Of a stretch of DNA of 64,000 nt, positions 33,040-42,869 are shown in pieces. The stretch is from assembly GCA_937625935.1 (NCBI GenBank), contig OW569353.1, forward strand, positions 186,001-250,000, in the 5' to 3' direction. The notes beneath the pieces were generated by a model. That model did no database searches. It was given only the letters and a program-made list of their open reading frames with translations, and had not been told where the DNA came from. The translations under genes and the position numbers were made by a program. The stretch comes from Tetramitus jugosus (Eukaryota > Protista > Heterolobosea). Within the stretch, counting starts at the first letter, position 1. Every line of letters starts with the position of its first letter.

Positions 33040-34124
33040 TTATTGCTTCTTCTTTGCTCCTTGGCTGGCAAGTTGATCAATTTGGTTCTTAGAGTACAAG
33101 TAGACCAATCCTGGAAGACCAACAGGGATGAAGGCCAACAAAGTGAAGATGACCCAGTCGTCGAGGTGAGTGTCATTTCTCTTGTCGAATTGAGCTTGAG
33201 TCATAATGGTCAACTGTGGCAAGACAGATGACTTGACATAGTACTTGGTCTCTTCTTCTGGGTTGGTCTTGAATGAAACGATGGCAGATTCAGTGTTGAC
33301 TGAACCAACAATCTTTGGAGTCACAGTGTAAGTATGAGTCACATTGTGTCCGGCTTCAATCTTGTCAAAAGTTGCCTTCAAATTTCCAGTAACAACAAAG
33401 TTCTCTGCAGGCCATTCATTGTCCTTCAATTCAACATCGTAAGCGGCACTATTCACACACACAAATTAACCAAGAGAAAAAAAAAGAGAAATTTGCAAGT
33501 TAGCACATGTTTCTGTTGAATTGGATCCACACATTGAGCAGCATTATGCTGAAAAATGTTCCATGAGATCTCCTCCCCAGGTTGTTTTTTTTCCTGCTGT
33601 ACAGCAACAATAGCAATAGCAACTACCATATGAACGACAACAACAACAATCATCTCTTTCAACATCACTGACACTTTGTTCACATCCATGCATGATGAAA
33701 CACACAAGGACAAGTGTCAAAAAAAACACACATTGCATTTCTCAACGAATGAATTGCCCTCAAGATATCAATGCAAGCAGAGACCATGTGTTCGTTGTGA
33801 TTTCTTCCCTTGTTGTGCGTCAACGTCATCGTAGCAGTCGAAAGCTTTTGTGTGAGCTCTCACACACACTATATATCAGCAGCAGCAGCAGGTGTGGAAA
33901 AAGCAGCACTGGGCGATCCATGGAATGTATAAAAAAAAGCATAAGACTGGAGGTAGGTACCTTTGTCCAACGTTGTAAATGGTAACAGTAAAATGTACAT
34001 TGGTGTTGACAACGGCTTCAGTTTCTTTGACTGACTTGTGTACAAGGAGAGTGGTGTCTTGGCAAGATGCAAATGTAATGAACAAGAGGCAAAGAGCAAG
34101 AGCTAGCAAAATATTTTTGATCAT
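33040..34124 (-). CDS. SSR2: Translocon-associated protein beta (SSR2), 2 exons with a 512-nt intron
   Basis: Exons 34124-33961 and 33448-33040. Signal peptide, LLVHKS..VTIYNVGQSAAYDVELKD, NVTHTYTVTP, HLDDW, C-terminal TM and KKQ. Confidence 0.9.
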
Positions 34125-34459
34125 TTTTTTTTGTTGGTTGTCGTGGAAGAGAGGAGTGAATGCGTTTTTCAATGTTCTTTGTCCAATGGAATGTGTGATC
34201 ACAGGAACAAGAGAGTTTTCGATTAGTCCTACTCATTTGTCCTACATGAACGTGCTGAGGTGTCATCGGGATAATAAAATTACAAAACATTACAAGAACG
34301 AGGTTTCAATAACGCACACGTAGCATTTGGCTTGATCTGGAAGAGAAACAGACGAATTCTGAATGGGATTTAGGGTTTCGTTTTATTCATTCTTAATTGG
34401 TTCTTGTTCAATGCCATTGAATCCACCTTACTCTATGTACACATCAAAAGAAGGTTGTC

Positions 34460-34837
34460 CTATCTATTCTGAATTCCCTTCTTATCAATCTCCTCCTCCA
34501 ATGCCTCTGGGTTCGTGTATCCTCTCCAGGCGAGGTTGGGATCTGTTCGTTGAAATTCTGACTTGAATTCATCTGATCTCATCTGTTCATCCTTCTTCAA
34601 CTGTTTTGGTGTGTTCATCTCTTCTTCTACAAACTTTGGATTGGCAGGATCGGTCCATCGATCCGCGTCAGTTTCTGGGTTAATATCAGGCATCGCCTTT
34701 TGCTTTTCTCTTTCTTGTTGGTGTGCTTTTGAGACCGATCGATAGATGGAAGTAGAAACCATTGCTGGTATTTCATTGGTGTTCACTCGATTTGCTTGGT
34801 TAGTAATGACTCTTCGTAACATGTTCGCTTGGTTCAT
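34460..34837 (-). CDS. Small hydrophilic protein, possible mitochondrial presequence
   Basis: 125-aa ORF with MLRRVIT start and a highly charged body; upstream TATA box and downstream AATAAA. Confidence 0.6.
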   Translation of the reverse strand: MNQANMLRRVITNQANRVNTNEIPAMVSTSIYRSVSKAHQQEREKQKAMPDINPETDADRWTDPANPKFVEEEMNTPKQLKKDEQMRSDEFKSEFQRTDPNLAWRGYTNPEALEEEIDKKGIQNR

Positions 34838-34919
34838 GGCTTTATCTGTGTATGTGTGTTGAATTGTATTCTGTTTTTGAAATTGGAAGTGGAAGGTGGA
34901 GGACCCGGTTGTGCCTTAG

Positions 34920-34928
34920 CTTTTATAG
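34920..34928 (-). promoter_or_regulatory. TATA-box-like element
   Basis: CTATAAAAG on the minus strand about 85 nt upstream of the 34837 ATG. Confidence 0.4.
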
Positions 34929-35175
34929 TGTGCACATTCAAAGAGTCAACCAAGGAATGGACACTTCTATAACCATCTTTTTTTAGATGAGGTAGCAGAA
35001 ATACAACTTCCAGTTATGGAATAGTGATGAGTTTCGTTTGATCGCGGACTTTTGAAGACGAAAATACTTTACAAAAAACTTCACTTCAAGTAGGTTGACC
35101 TATTACAGAAACTAAACTCCAACGAGAAATAAAACCAAAAACTCGAAACAGTTCGTACAGTAACCGCACGTAGAC

Positions 35176-35508
35176 ATGATTCGAATGATCCAAAGTTCAA
35201 AGCTTCTTGCGTCACAACAATTCAAGTATCGGATGATCCTGTCTCAACGAATTGCACAGAAGACCTATGTGACTAATCAGAGTGGAAAACAACAAGACCA
35301 AAAATCAGATACATCCTACAGTGGAGTAGATGAGATGACAGGATCATGTACTGATCGAGACTCAATGGGCAGTCAGGCTGGTTATGGATCGAATTCCATG
35401 GAGGGCAGCAACACTGGTTTGGGTACCCAAAGTGAATTGCATCACAAGGAAAAAGAGATTGCGGAAAAGATGAGAAAATCTGATCAGAAATCATCAAGAG
35501 ATAATTGA
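35176..35508 (+). CDS. Small hydrophilin/LEA-like protein, possible mitochondrial presequence
   Basis: 110-aa ORF with a basic N-terminus and a G/S/Q/D-rich body; AATAAA about 17 nt after the stop. Confidence 0.6.
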   Translation: MIRMIQSSKLLASQQFKYRMILSQRIAQKTYVTNQSGKQQDQKSDTSYSGVDEMTGSCTDRDSMGSQAGYGSNSMEGSNTGLGTQSELHHKEKEIAEKMRKSDQKSSRDN

Positions 35509-35640
35509 CATCTCACCGACATAAAATAAAGGAGTTGACTCATTCTTGTATTGACTTTTTTGTTTGATCATCTCTCAACTGTCGTTGACAAGCGCGCAAA
35601 AATGACTACGACTGATTGCAAAGAAAATTAGAGACTCGAG

Positions 35641-36204
35641 ATGAGTAAACCAGATGATCGAATAAAGCTTCTTATCGTAGGATCGAAAGAATGTGGCAAA
35701 ACTTGTATTTCAAACTTCTTGGCTGGAGACAAGATGATATTTAGCTCAGAGTACAGGCCAACCATCGCAGCTCGGATCCGAGAGTTCGAAAGCATCTATT
35801 CTCGAAACAGAACTGCTTCTGTCGAGTTGTGGGACATTAGTGGAGATTCAAACTTTGAGAATTGTTGGGCAGCTTCTTCACAAGACGCCAATGGAGTGAT
35901 TATCGTGGTAGACAACGACAGTAGGAATTCTCAAAAAGAAATGGAATATTGGTACAATTCGTTCGTGAAAGCGAATGGAATCGAACCTTCTTGTTGTCTG
36001 GTGATCTGTCATAGCAAGGATCTCAATTCTTCGAAGGGAGATATCCGATTGCCCAAGGTGATGAACAAGGTGACAAACACTGCTCACTCCAATCTGGATG
36101 TCAATGCTGTGGGACCAAATCTGATGAAGAACTCCTTTGATGTATTGCTGGAATCTGTGGCTACCAAATTGAGAGAGAAGGAAGAGTCAAGAATAATGAA
36201 TTAA
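35641..36204 (+). CDS. IFT22: Intraflagellar transport protein 22 (RabL5)
   Basis: KLLIVGSKECGKTCISNFL, YRPT...RIREFE, VELWDISGD..FENCW.A; degenerate G4 motif. Confidence 0.85.
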   Translation: MSKPDDRIKLLIVGSKECGKTCISNFLAGDKMIFSSEYRPTIAARIREFESIYSRNRTASVELWDISGDSNFENCWAASSQDANGVIIVVDNDSRNSQKEMEYWYNSFVKANGIEPSCCLVICHSKDLNSSKGDIRLPKVMNKVTNTAHSNLDVNAVGPNLMKNSFDVLLESVATKLREKEESRIMN

Positions 36205-36213
36205 TGTTGTATT

Positions 36214-38398
36214 TTAGAGGTACGAGTCCGTTAATACAGAGCCGTATGAGTTGAGAGTCTTCTTGCTGCGACTTTCTTGTTCTGTTGGTTGTCTGTACAT
36301 TTTAAAGGCCTGAGCCATATCACCCTTACTCCTGTAATCTTCTTCAAGAGTCTGTAAGTTATCGCAATTTTGAAGCAAGCGAGCACATTCTTCATATGTT
36401 GGTGCTGAGCCACACCACTCAACAAACTTGTTCCTAGATGATTCTGATCGCAGCATGATGCAATATTCTGTATCCAATATTTGTTCTTCTAGAGCTTTTC
36501 TCTCCGAGATGTCTTTTATGAAGAGAATATAGACACTTGAGATGTTGCCTTCGATAAACACTTCTTCTGACTTGACTCGAATTTGAGCTGCAATGGTTCC
36601 TTCAGACTCAGAAGTTGTCAACTCTGTTTCAAATCGATCAATCTCTGCAGATTCTGACACAATTTCCAACTGGATCGTCAGAGATTCCTTGTCATGGAAC
36701 GTGTTCGATGGACAAATGATGGACGAGAACAATTTGCTGTTGACCAATTCTGCCTTTAAGTAGCCTAGTTTCTTGTAGAATGTGTCATTGGCCTTCAGTA
36801 TCGTTAAATCGAATCGATCAATCATGACAATCATATCTGGAATAGAGTTCGATATCGTATCCAGTATATCACCTTCCAGTCTAACTCGCTTCTCCATTCG
36901 TTTACTTCTCTTCTTCAGTATGGCAACCTGGTCTTGTGAGTGATTCAACGATTGAAGAATGGCATTCACCTGCATGGCAACTGTTCCAATCTGACCACTC
37001 GTAACCAGTCGTACTCTATCACCAAACGCTCTCTCGGAAATAATCCGGTTTAAGTCCTTCATAATGGCACGAATCGGTCTCAGAATAGAGAACTCTGTAA
37101 ACAGCAGAATAATTAACGGGATAGGAACACTGACAGCGAGCACAACAGCAAACGTAATCCAATAAGCAATGGTGAAATATTCGTCCACATAAGCCACTGT
37201 ATCTGCTCTTATCACCAGACCATTCTGTCGAAACACATCTTGGAACACATGAAACGATGCAATTCTTCGATTAGACGCTGATCCAGTTCTGAAACACAAT
37301 CTCGATGAATCCTTGTCCAATTTCGACCCAGAAGAGAAACGACGAATCGTAAACGGTGGACTAATGTTGTTATGATCAACATCAATCAAAGTTCCCTCTA
37401 AACGACTTGGAATCGTTGGTAATTGACCCTCATTGGCAATCTCATTGTACTCTGACAATGAATACAGTGTGAGACACAGTTGCGAAGAATCGGCCAATCG
37501 CTGCATCACCGGAGCGGACATGTATGTCGCAAAAAGTAAAATTCCCGCCGTTCCATTGTAAACATCAGTTGCAATCACGGGCATGGCAGTGACTAGCAAT
37601 GGCACGTTTGGTCTCACTGATACGCGCAAATAGCCTGAAACGACAGGAACTTCACCAGTGGCGTTGAGCAGGAATGGACTCCCTGGAGTCAATTCTCTTA
37701 GCTCTTCAGGCATCGTTAACACTTCATGGGTCTCCAAGTCTAATCCAGTTGAATTGGCCATGGTTCCATTATACCAATACAAGCCAACAAAATTGTAGGG
37801 ACCTCTCGTCAATACATCCTCATTGAACTATTCATTTCGTTCACAAAAAGGACAAAAAACATGTTAGCTTTTTTATATGATAACTTTGTGTATTCACAAA
37901 AAACTATCAAGTCAAAGCCCCTCACAAAGTTCAGAGCTATCAACTAACTAACAACAACAATAACAACAACAACAACAAAATTCATACCTCATAAATAAAA
38001 TATTGTTCCCAAGCATCCGATGAAACACCATCTGGATTCAACATGTTAAACGTTGAGTCATAATCTCCAAAATCGTACATTTTCGAATATTGATCATGTG
38101 CTTGACTGTACAGCGACGTGCTCACTCTTCGACTACTCCTGTTCATGTACTGCTGCGACAAGTCATGAAAAATTTTTTCAAAGACAGACGACAGCACACC
38201 CAACAAGATGGATAGCATGACGACAAACGAGAGAACCAACACGAGTACGGTTCTCGTTCTCAAAGAAAACAGGATGGATAAGCATTGTGCGCCTAATGAT
38301 TGTTGAGAAGAGGAAGACGGAGAAGAGGCATCTAGTAGTTGTTGTTGTTGTTGTTGTTGGTTATGATTATTGTTAGAGAAGCTTTTTGTGTTGTTCAT
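36214..38398 (-). CDS. Membrane sensor: TM, CHASE4-like, TM, HAMP, PAS, degenerate RGS-like tail; 2 exons
   Basis: Exons 38398-37988 and 37827-36214. TM helices flank a region with TAMPVIATD...AGILLFATY; ILRPIRAI..L..I....FGDRV...IGTVA..VNAIL (HAMP); NSIPDMIVMID....ILKANDTF..KLGY (PAS). Confidence 0.7.
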
Positions 38399-38720
38399 TT
38401 TTACCTCTTGTTTGTTACTTTCACTCCTCAAGCTTTGACTTGATGTGGTGATACTCTCTTGGTGTTGTTATTGTTGTGTGTGTTGTCGTTGAGTGATTTG
38501 AGAATGATTCTGTGATGGTGCTAAAAAGTGTTTGCTCTCTGTTCAAAATTCCCTGCCTGTTGATGACAGCAGACGTTTAATTGTTACCGAGAGGCGCGTC
38601 GGTCAAGTTTGCCCCTTTCTCTTGGACCGAAAGAGGAAATGGGGTGGGGGGTCCAATCAAAATGCTTGACGACATTTGCGTGTTCATTCAAACTTGTGCC
38701 CCCAATGATATGCCGCGCAG

Positions 38721-39326
38721 TTACTGTTGGATTGCGCCACCTCCCAACGGTATGACATAATCAATTTGAAATGGAGTGTCGGTTCCATTTCTCGATATCA
38801 TGTAAATTTCGTTCACTGTCCATGTGATCGGTTTCCACTTGGATTGAAACTCCTTTTGCTTCTTGTCCAGTTCTCTCTTTGCAAACTGTCCAACGGTCAA
38901 ATGAGGATGGAAGATGTGCTGTTCATTCTTTGTCAACTGATCATCGCACTGAGGCAATACAGAGACCATCTTGTTCAACAGTTGTGTAATTTCAACGGAA
39001 GGATCACATGAAGTACCAGTGTTGCCATCTGTTCTCGGATGCAACCACATGACACAGTTCTTCTTGTGTTCAAAATGCGAGAATTCACTCAGAGTGATTT
39101 CGAACGGTTGAACAGACTTGAGAGCTTCGCTCAGTTCAGAGTGCGCCAATGGGAAAGAGTTTGGATGAACAAACGGAAACATGAGATTCACATGAGGCAT
39201 CCATCTCTGGAAGGCAGAGTCATGCACGGATCGAATTTTTTGAATCGGTTCCCAGAGGTCCTTTGGAGGAATAATGCAACAAGCGGAATGAAACGCTTTC
39301 TTGAGAGTTTTTGGATCTGTGGTCAT
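38721..39326 (-). CDS. 2H phosphoesterase (LigT/2'-5' RNA ligase-like, LENG9-like)
   Basis: IQKIRSVHD..F.RWMPHVNL.FPF and FHPHLTVGQF are the two Hx(T/N) motifs. Confidence 0.85.
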   Translation of the reverse strand: MTTDPKTLKKAFHSACCIIPPKDLWEPIQKIRSVHDSAFQRWMPHVNLMFPFVHPNSFPLAHSELSEALKSVQPFEITLSEFSHFEHKKNCVMWLHPRTDGNTGTSCDPSVEITQLLNKMVSVLPQCDDQLTKNEQHIFHPHLTVGQFAKRELDKKQKEFQSKWKPITWTVNEIYMISRNGTDTPFQIDYVIPLGGGAIQQ

Positions 39327-39498
39327 TGTTATTGCTGTGATTTCTTTTGGATTCTTCTGGAAGAGTGATTGTTTGGATGAGATCAGGTCAAAGAAGAAGT
39401 ACCTTGTTCAATCTGAAACTCGCACCCCTTGTTGAAACTTCATGTTCGCTGGGGTGTGAAACACAATTTTTTTTACTTATCTTTTTTCTTAAACAAAG

Positions 39499-39969
39499 AT
39501 GAGAGTTTCTGAGTTGGAGAGTAGAGTGTGTGAATTAGAGAACTCGGTGACCACAATGAAGGCACAGCTTGATAATATGCATAAAATGGCTTTGCTTGGT
39601 CAATTATGCTTCTGTACTGAGGGTTCTATCCGTAATTTTGTTGGTGTTTCAGGTACTTTGAAGAGAATATTGAGCAGGGAAGCAAATGGAACCCTGAAAG
39701 GAGCAGAATTGAAGAAGCTACAAACCTTGAAGAGTAAATACGATCTTGCAACTCTGCAAGATGTAATTGAGGATGTGAAGGCAGCTCGATTGTCCCAAGC
39801 TCACCCCATTGTGGATCGAAATAACAATGCAGTTTCAGAACAACAACTGAAAGATGCTTTCGTTTCTCGTTTTGTTAATACTGGCGAAATGGACGAAGCA
39901 GATGTAGATTTGTTGTTTAGAGTTAGAAAAGACTTGAAAAACCCCACAGAGGATATGGTGACATTATAA
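39499..39969 (+). CDS. Coiled-coil plus helical domain with a HEPN-like RxxxxH motif
   Basis: Intact 156-aa ORF with an N-terminal heptad repeat and LQDVIEDVKAARLSQAHP. Confidence 0.6.
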   Translation: MRVSELESRVCELENSVTTMKAQLDNMHKMALLGQLCFCTEGSIRNFVGVSGTLKRILSREANGTLKGAELKKLQTLKSKYDLATLQDVIEDVKAARLSQAHPIVDRNNNAVSEQQLKDAFVSRFVNTGEMDEADVDLLFRVRKDLKNPTEDMVTL

Positions 39970-40149
39970 TTACATTCGTTTGGCCCAAGGCACATTACAG
40001 TAAAGCTCTGGCATTGGATCAACACCCTCACCTTAGTGCACCCCACCCTGACAGTCACAGAAGCTAACTGTTGCGTGCTTCTTGGAACCTTCTACATCAC
40101 AGCATGGTTTACAAAATCTATCTAAAGCATAGTGCTACAACAAATTCAT

Positions 40150-41500
40150 TTACAAATGTTCATCATCTTCATACGAATAATTCTTGAATGAAACTCTGAT
40201 CTGGTCTGAATCCAATAGTTGTTCTCTTTGTGGTTCTTCCCTCCGGCGCCTGTCTTTAGGAGCACCACCTTAATTTGAGAGAATTAGAACTTGAGACAGG
40301 GGTTATTTATTCACCTTTTTGGTGGGAATACATGGTATAAATGCAAAGAACGATCTTCTGGGCTTGGCCTTCGCTACTTTCACCTCTTATTGGCTCTAGT
40401 TCTATATCCTCTTTAAACACTACTTCAAAGAACGAGTCTCTAAAACCACCAGTGTCTATGAATGAATCATCACCAGCTGACTTCATTTATCCAAAGGCAT
40501 TTCTGGTAACTGTGTGATTGTTGCAATAGATTACAAACAAACAATATCACAGGAACCCAGGACAAGAGCTATTGGATGAACTGTTTGATGAGAATAATCT
40601 TCAAATTAAACTGAAGAAGATGATTGATCTGTTGTCATCGTTTGTAGTACCAGGTTGTTTTGATCCCGATACTGTGCACAAGTGTGATCTGAAGGGTATG
40701 ATTGACAAGTTTATTAGGATGATAATGTCACCAATCACATTATCTCTGAATGTTGTTGGAGTGTCGCTGTTTGATCACACAGTCATTCCTTTCACAACCA
40801 GAGAAATTCTAAACGAAAGATGTATTGATCTATGTTCATATGATCAAAGAGAGTGATATGTATTTTGCTGATATCAAGTCAAATCATTATCTGATGAGAT
40901 TTTCTGGATACAACCAAGAAATCATACTATCAGACGAGACGAGATTATATATAATCAGATTCTTTCTATGGATCAACTCCTTACGAGATATATCAATTTT
41001 TACGATGTGAGTAACAAGAAGATGGTTCCTGCTGTTTATCTAGTAATGACAAGGCTTAGAAGGGCTGCATTAGATCTTATTCTGGGATATACGAAAGCTA
41101 TCTGGTTACCAACATACTTCAGGAATTTATAGATGATATCACTCAGTTATTGTACGTACTCTAGCCTGAGTAACTGATCAATCTGACAGGAACGAATAAT
41201 GTCTCTGGATTAATATACTTTGGTAGAGCTCTTGTATCCTTCATATCATCAGTGTCTGACTCTTCTATTTCAAAATCTGGATCAAATTCTTTGACCATAA
41301 TCATATCTACCTGGCTTGGAGTTGGTGCTAATGCATGTGAAATCACCTCAGTATCCTCTCTAAACTTCTTGACTCTTGCAACCAGTGTTTCATCTGCGTG
41401 GATATTCTTAAGATGTTGATCGTATGCAAAGTCGTCTGGATCTTTGTCTAGAACCATCTTACCTTCTCTTAGAAGCGTCAAGGATAGTCTGCTATTGTTT
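40150..41500. pseudogene. Decayed ORF fragments in alternating orientation
   Basis: Minus-strand pieces at ~40150-40486, frameshifted plus-strand pieces at 40572-40856, 40825-41010 and to ~41130, and a minus piece at 41161-41481. They look protein-like but are interrupted. Confidence 0.45.
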
Positions 41501-41555
41501 CATCTTCCATACAGTCCCAGGTTTTTATCTCCCTTGTTGAAACACAATTTTTTTA

Positions 41556-42665
41556 TTAAACGATCGTGGCAACGATTTGACATACGTCTTCATCACCCAA
41601 CACATGTGACAGACCGACAGTCTGTGGTGTATGCTTTGCAGATTTGCCCCAGACCATGGCATACTTGAAATTCTTCTTCATGTCCTTGTGAATCGAGTTA
41701 CAAATGTCTTCCACAGTGGATCCCGTCTTCATAATCACAGGTTCTGAGAAATCAGGTGCATAACCTCTCTTCTTTGTGTAGACACGAATCAGATCCAAAT
41801 GTTCCCATATCTGCTCAATCAAATAATCCAAATTCAATTTCCATTCACAACTAATGACAACAGAGTTTTCCTTACGGGCCAAACTGTCAACATCCTCCAA
41901 CGTAATCGTATCAATCTTATTGTAAACATAGAGGCACTTCATGTATTGTCTGTTTCCTTCAATAACATCAATCAAATCATCAATCGATGCGTCATATCGG
42001 ATCAACACTTCAGCATTGTGAATCTTTCTCTGATGCAAAATATCCTTGACCAATTTTTCGGATACGCCATGCGTTTGTTTCACTGTGGCCGTATAGTGCA
42101 AACCACCCGTTTTTTTCTCCTTGTAATAAATGTTTGGTTTTTCTTGATTGATCCGAACACCCACAGACTCCAACTCTTTGGTCAACAATTTTTTGTGAAC
42201 TTCTGCCTTGGCCGCCTCCAACATCATAATCATCAAATCTGCTGTTCTGGCTGTTGCAATCACCTGTCTTCCTCTTCCTTTTCCTTCACCTGCTCCTTCA
42301 ATGATACCAGGCAAATCCAACAATTGAATTTTGGATCCCTTGTGTTCAATCACACCTGGAATACATGTCAGTGTAGTGTACTCGTACGAACCAACTTCAC
42401 TCTTTGTGTCTGTGCACAAGTTGAGCAACGTACTTTTTCCTACGGATGGAAAACCAATGAGAGCGACTCTGGCATGACCTGATTTTTTAGCTTCGAAACC
42501 GGCGGCACCTCCACCACCTGCACTCCGTTCTGCTGCATCAATGAGCTTTGTCTTGTAACGGGCCAATTTTGCTTTGAGAAGACCAAGATGATATTCTGTG
42601 GCCTTGTTTCTCTGTGTACGAGAGATTTCATCCTCAATGGATTTGATTTTTTCTAGAATGCCCAT
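41556..42665 (-). CDS. DRG2: Developmentally regulated GTP-binding protein 2 (Rbg2)
   Basis: MGILEKIK.IE.EI.RTQ.NKATEYHLG, GFPSVGKS, TTLTCIPG, DLPGIIEGA, YNKID, TGS domain. Confidence 0.95.
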   Translation of the reverse strand: MGILEKIKSIEDEISRTQRNKATEYHLGLLKAKLARYKTKLIDAAERSAGGGGAAGFEAKKSGHARVALIGFPSVGKSTLLNLCTDTKSEVGSYEYTTLTCIPGVIEHKGSKIQLLDLPGIIEGAGEGKGRGRQVIATARTADLMIMMLEAAKAEVHKKLLTKELESVGVRINQEKPNIYYKEKKTGGLHYTATVKQTHGVSEKLVKDILHQRKIHNAEVLIRYDASIDDLIDVIEGNRQYMKCLYVYNKIDTITLEDVDSLARKENSVVISCEWKLNLDYLIEQIWEHLDLIRVYTKKRGYAPDFSEPVIMKTGSTVEDICNSIHKDMKKNFKYAMVWGKSAKHTPQTVGLSHVLGDEDVCQIVATIV

Positions 42666-42869
42666 TTTTTTTTCGAAAAATATAATCAATGATTGTTGTT
42701 GTTGTTGTGATTTGGTTGTTGGTGTTGGATTTGTTCTTTTTGGAGCCAAAAAATTATTTTCTGAGGCGTGAAAAATTCAGCGGCGGAGTTTTGTGTGAAT
42801 GAATACAAAGAACTTTGATCGATGAAGCAAGCAGGGTTAGTGTTGACATGTGTGTGAGTATTGTACAAT

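Larger units (their letters stand above)
39426..41555. mobile_element. Putative insertion flanked by an imperfect direct repeat
   Basis: CCCTTGTTGAAACACAATTTTTTTA (41531-41555) recurs on the left in two pieces, CCCTTGTTGAAAC (39426-39438) and TGAAACACAATTTTTTTTA (39457-39475). The interior holds an orphan ORF and decayed fragments. Confidence 0.45.
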
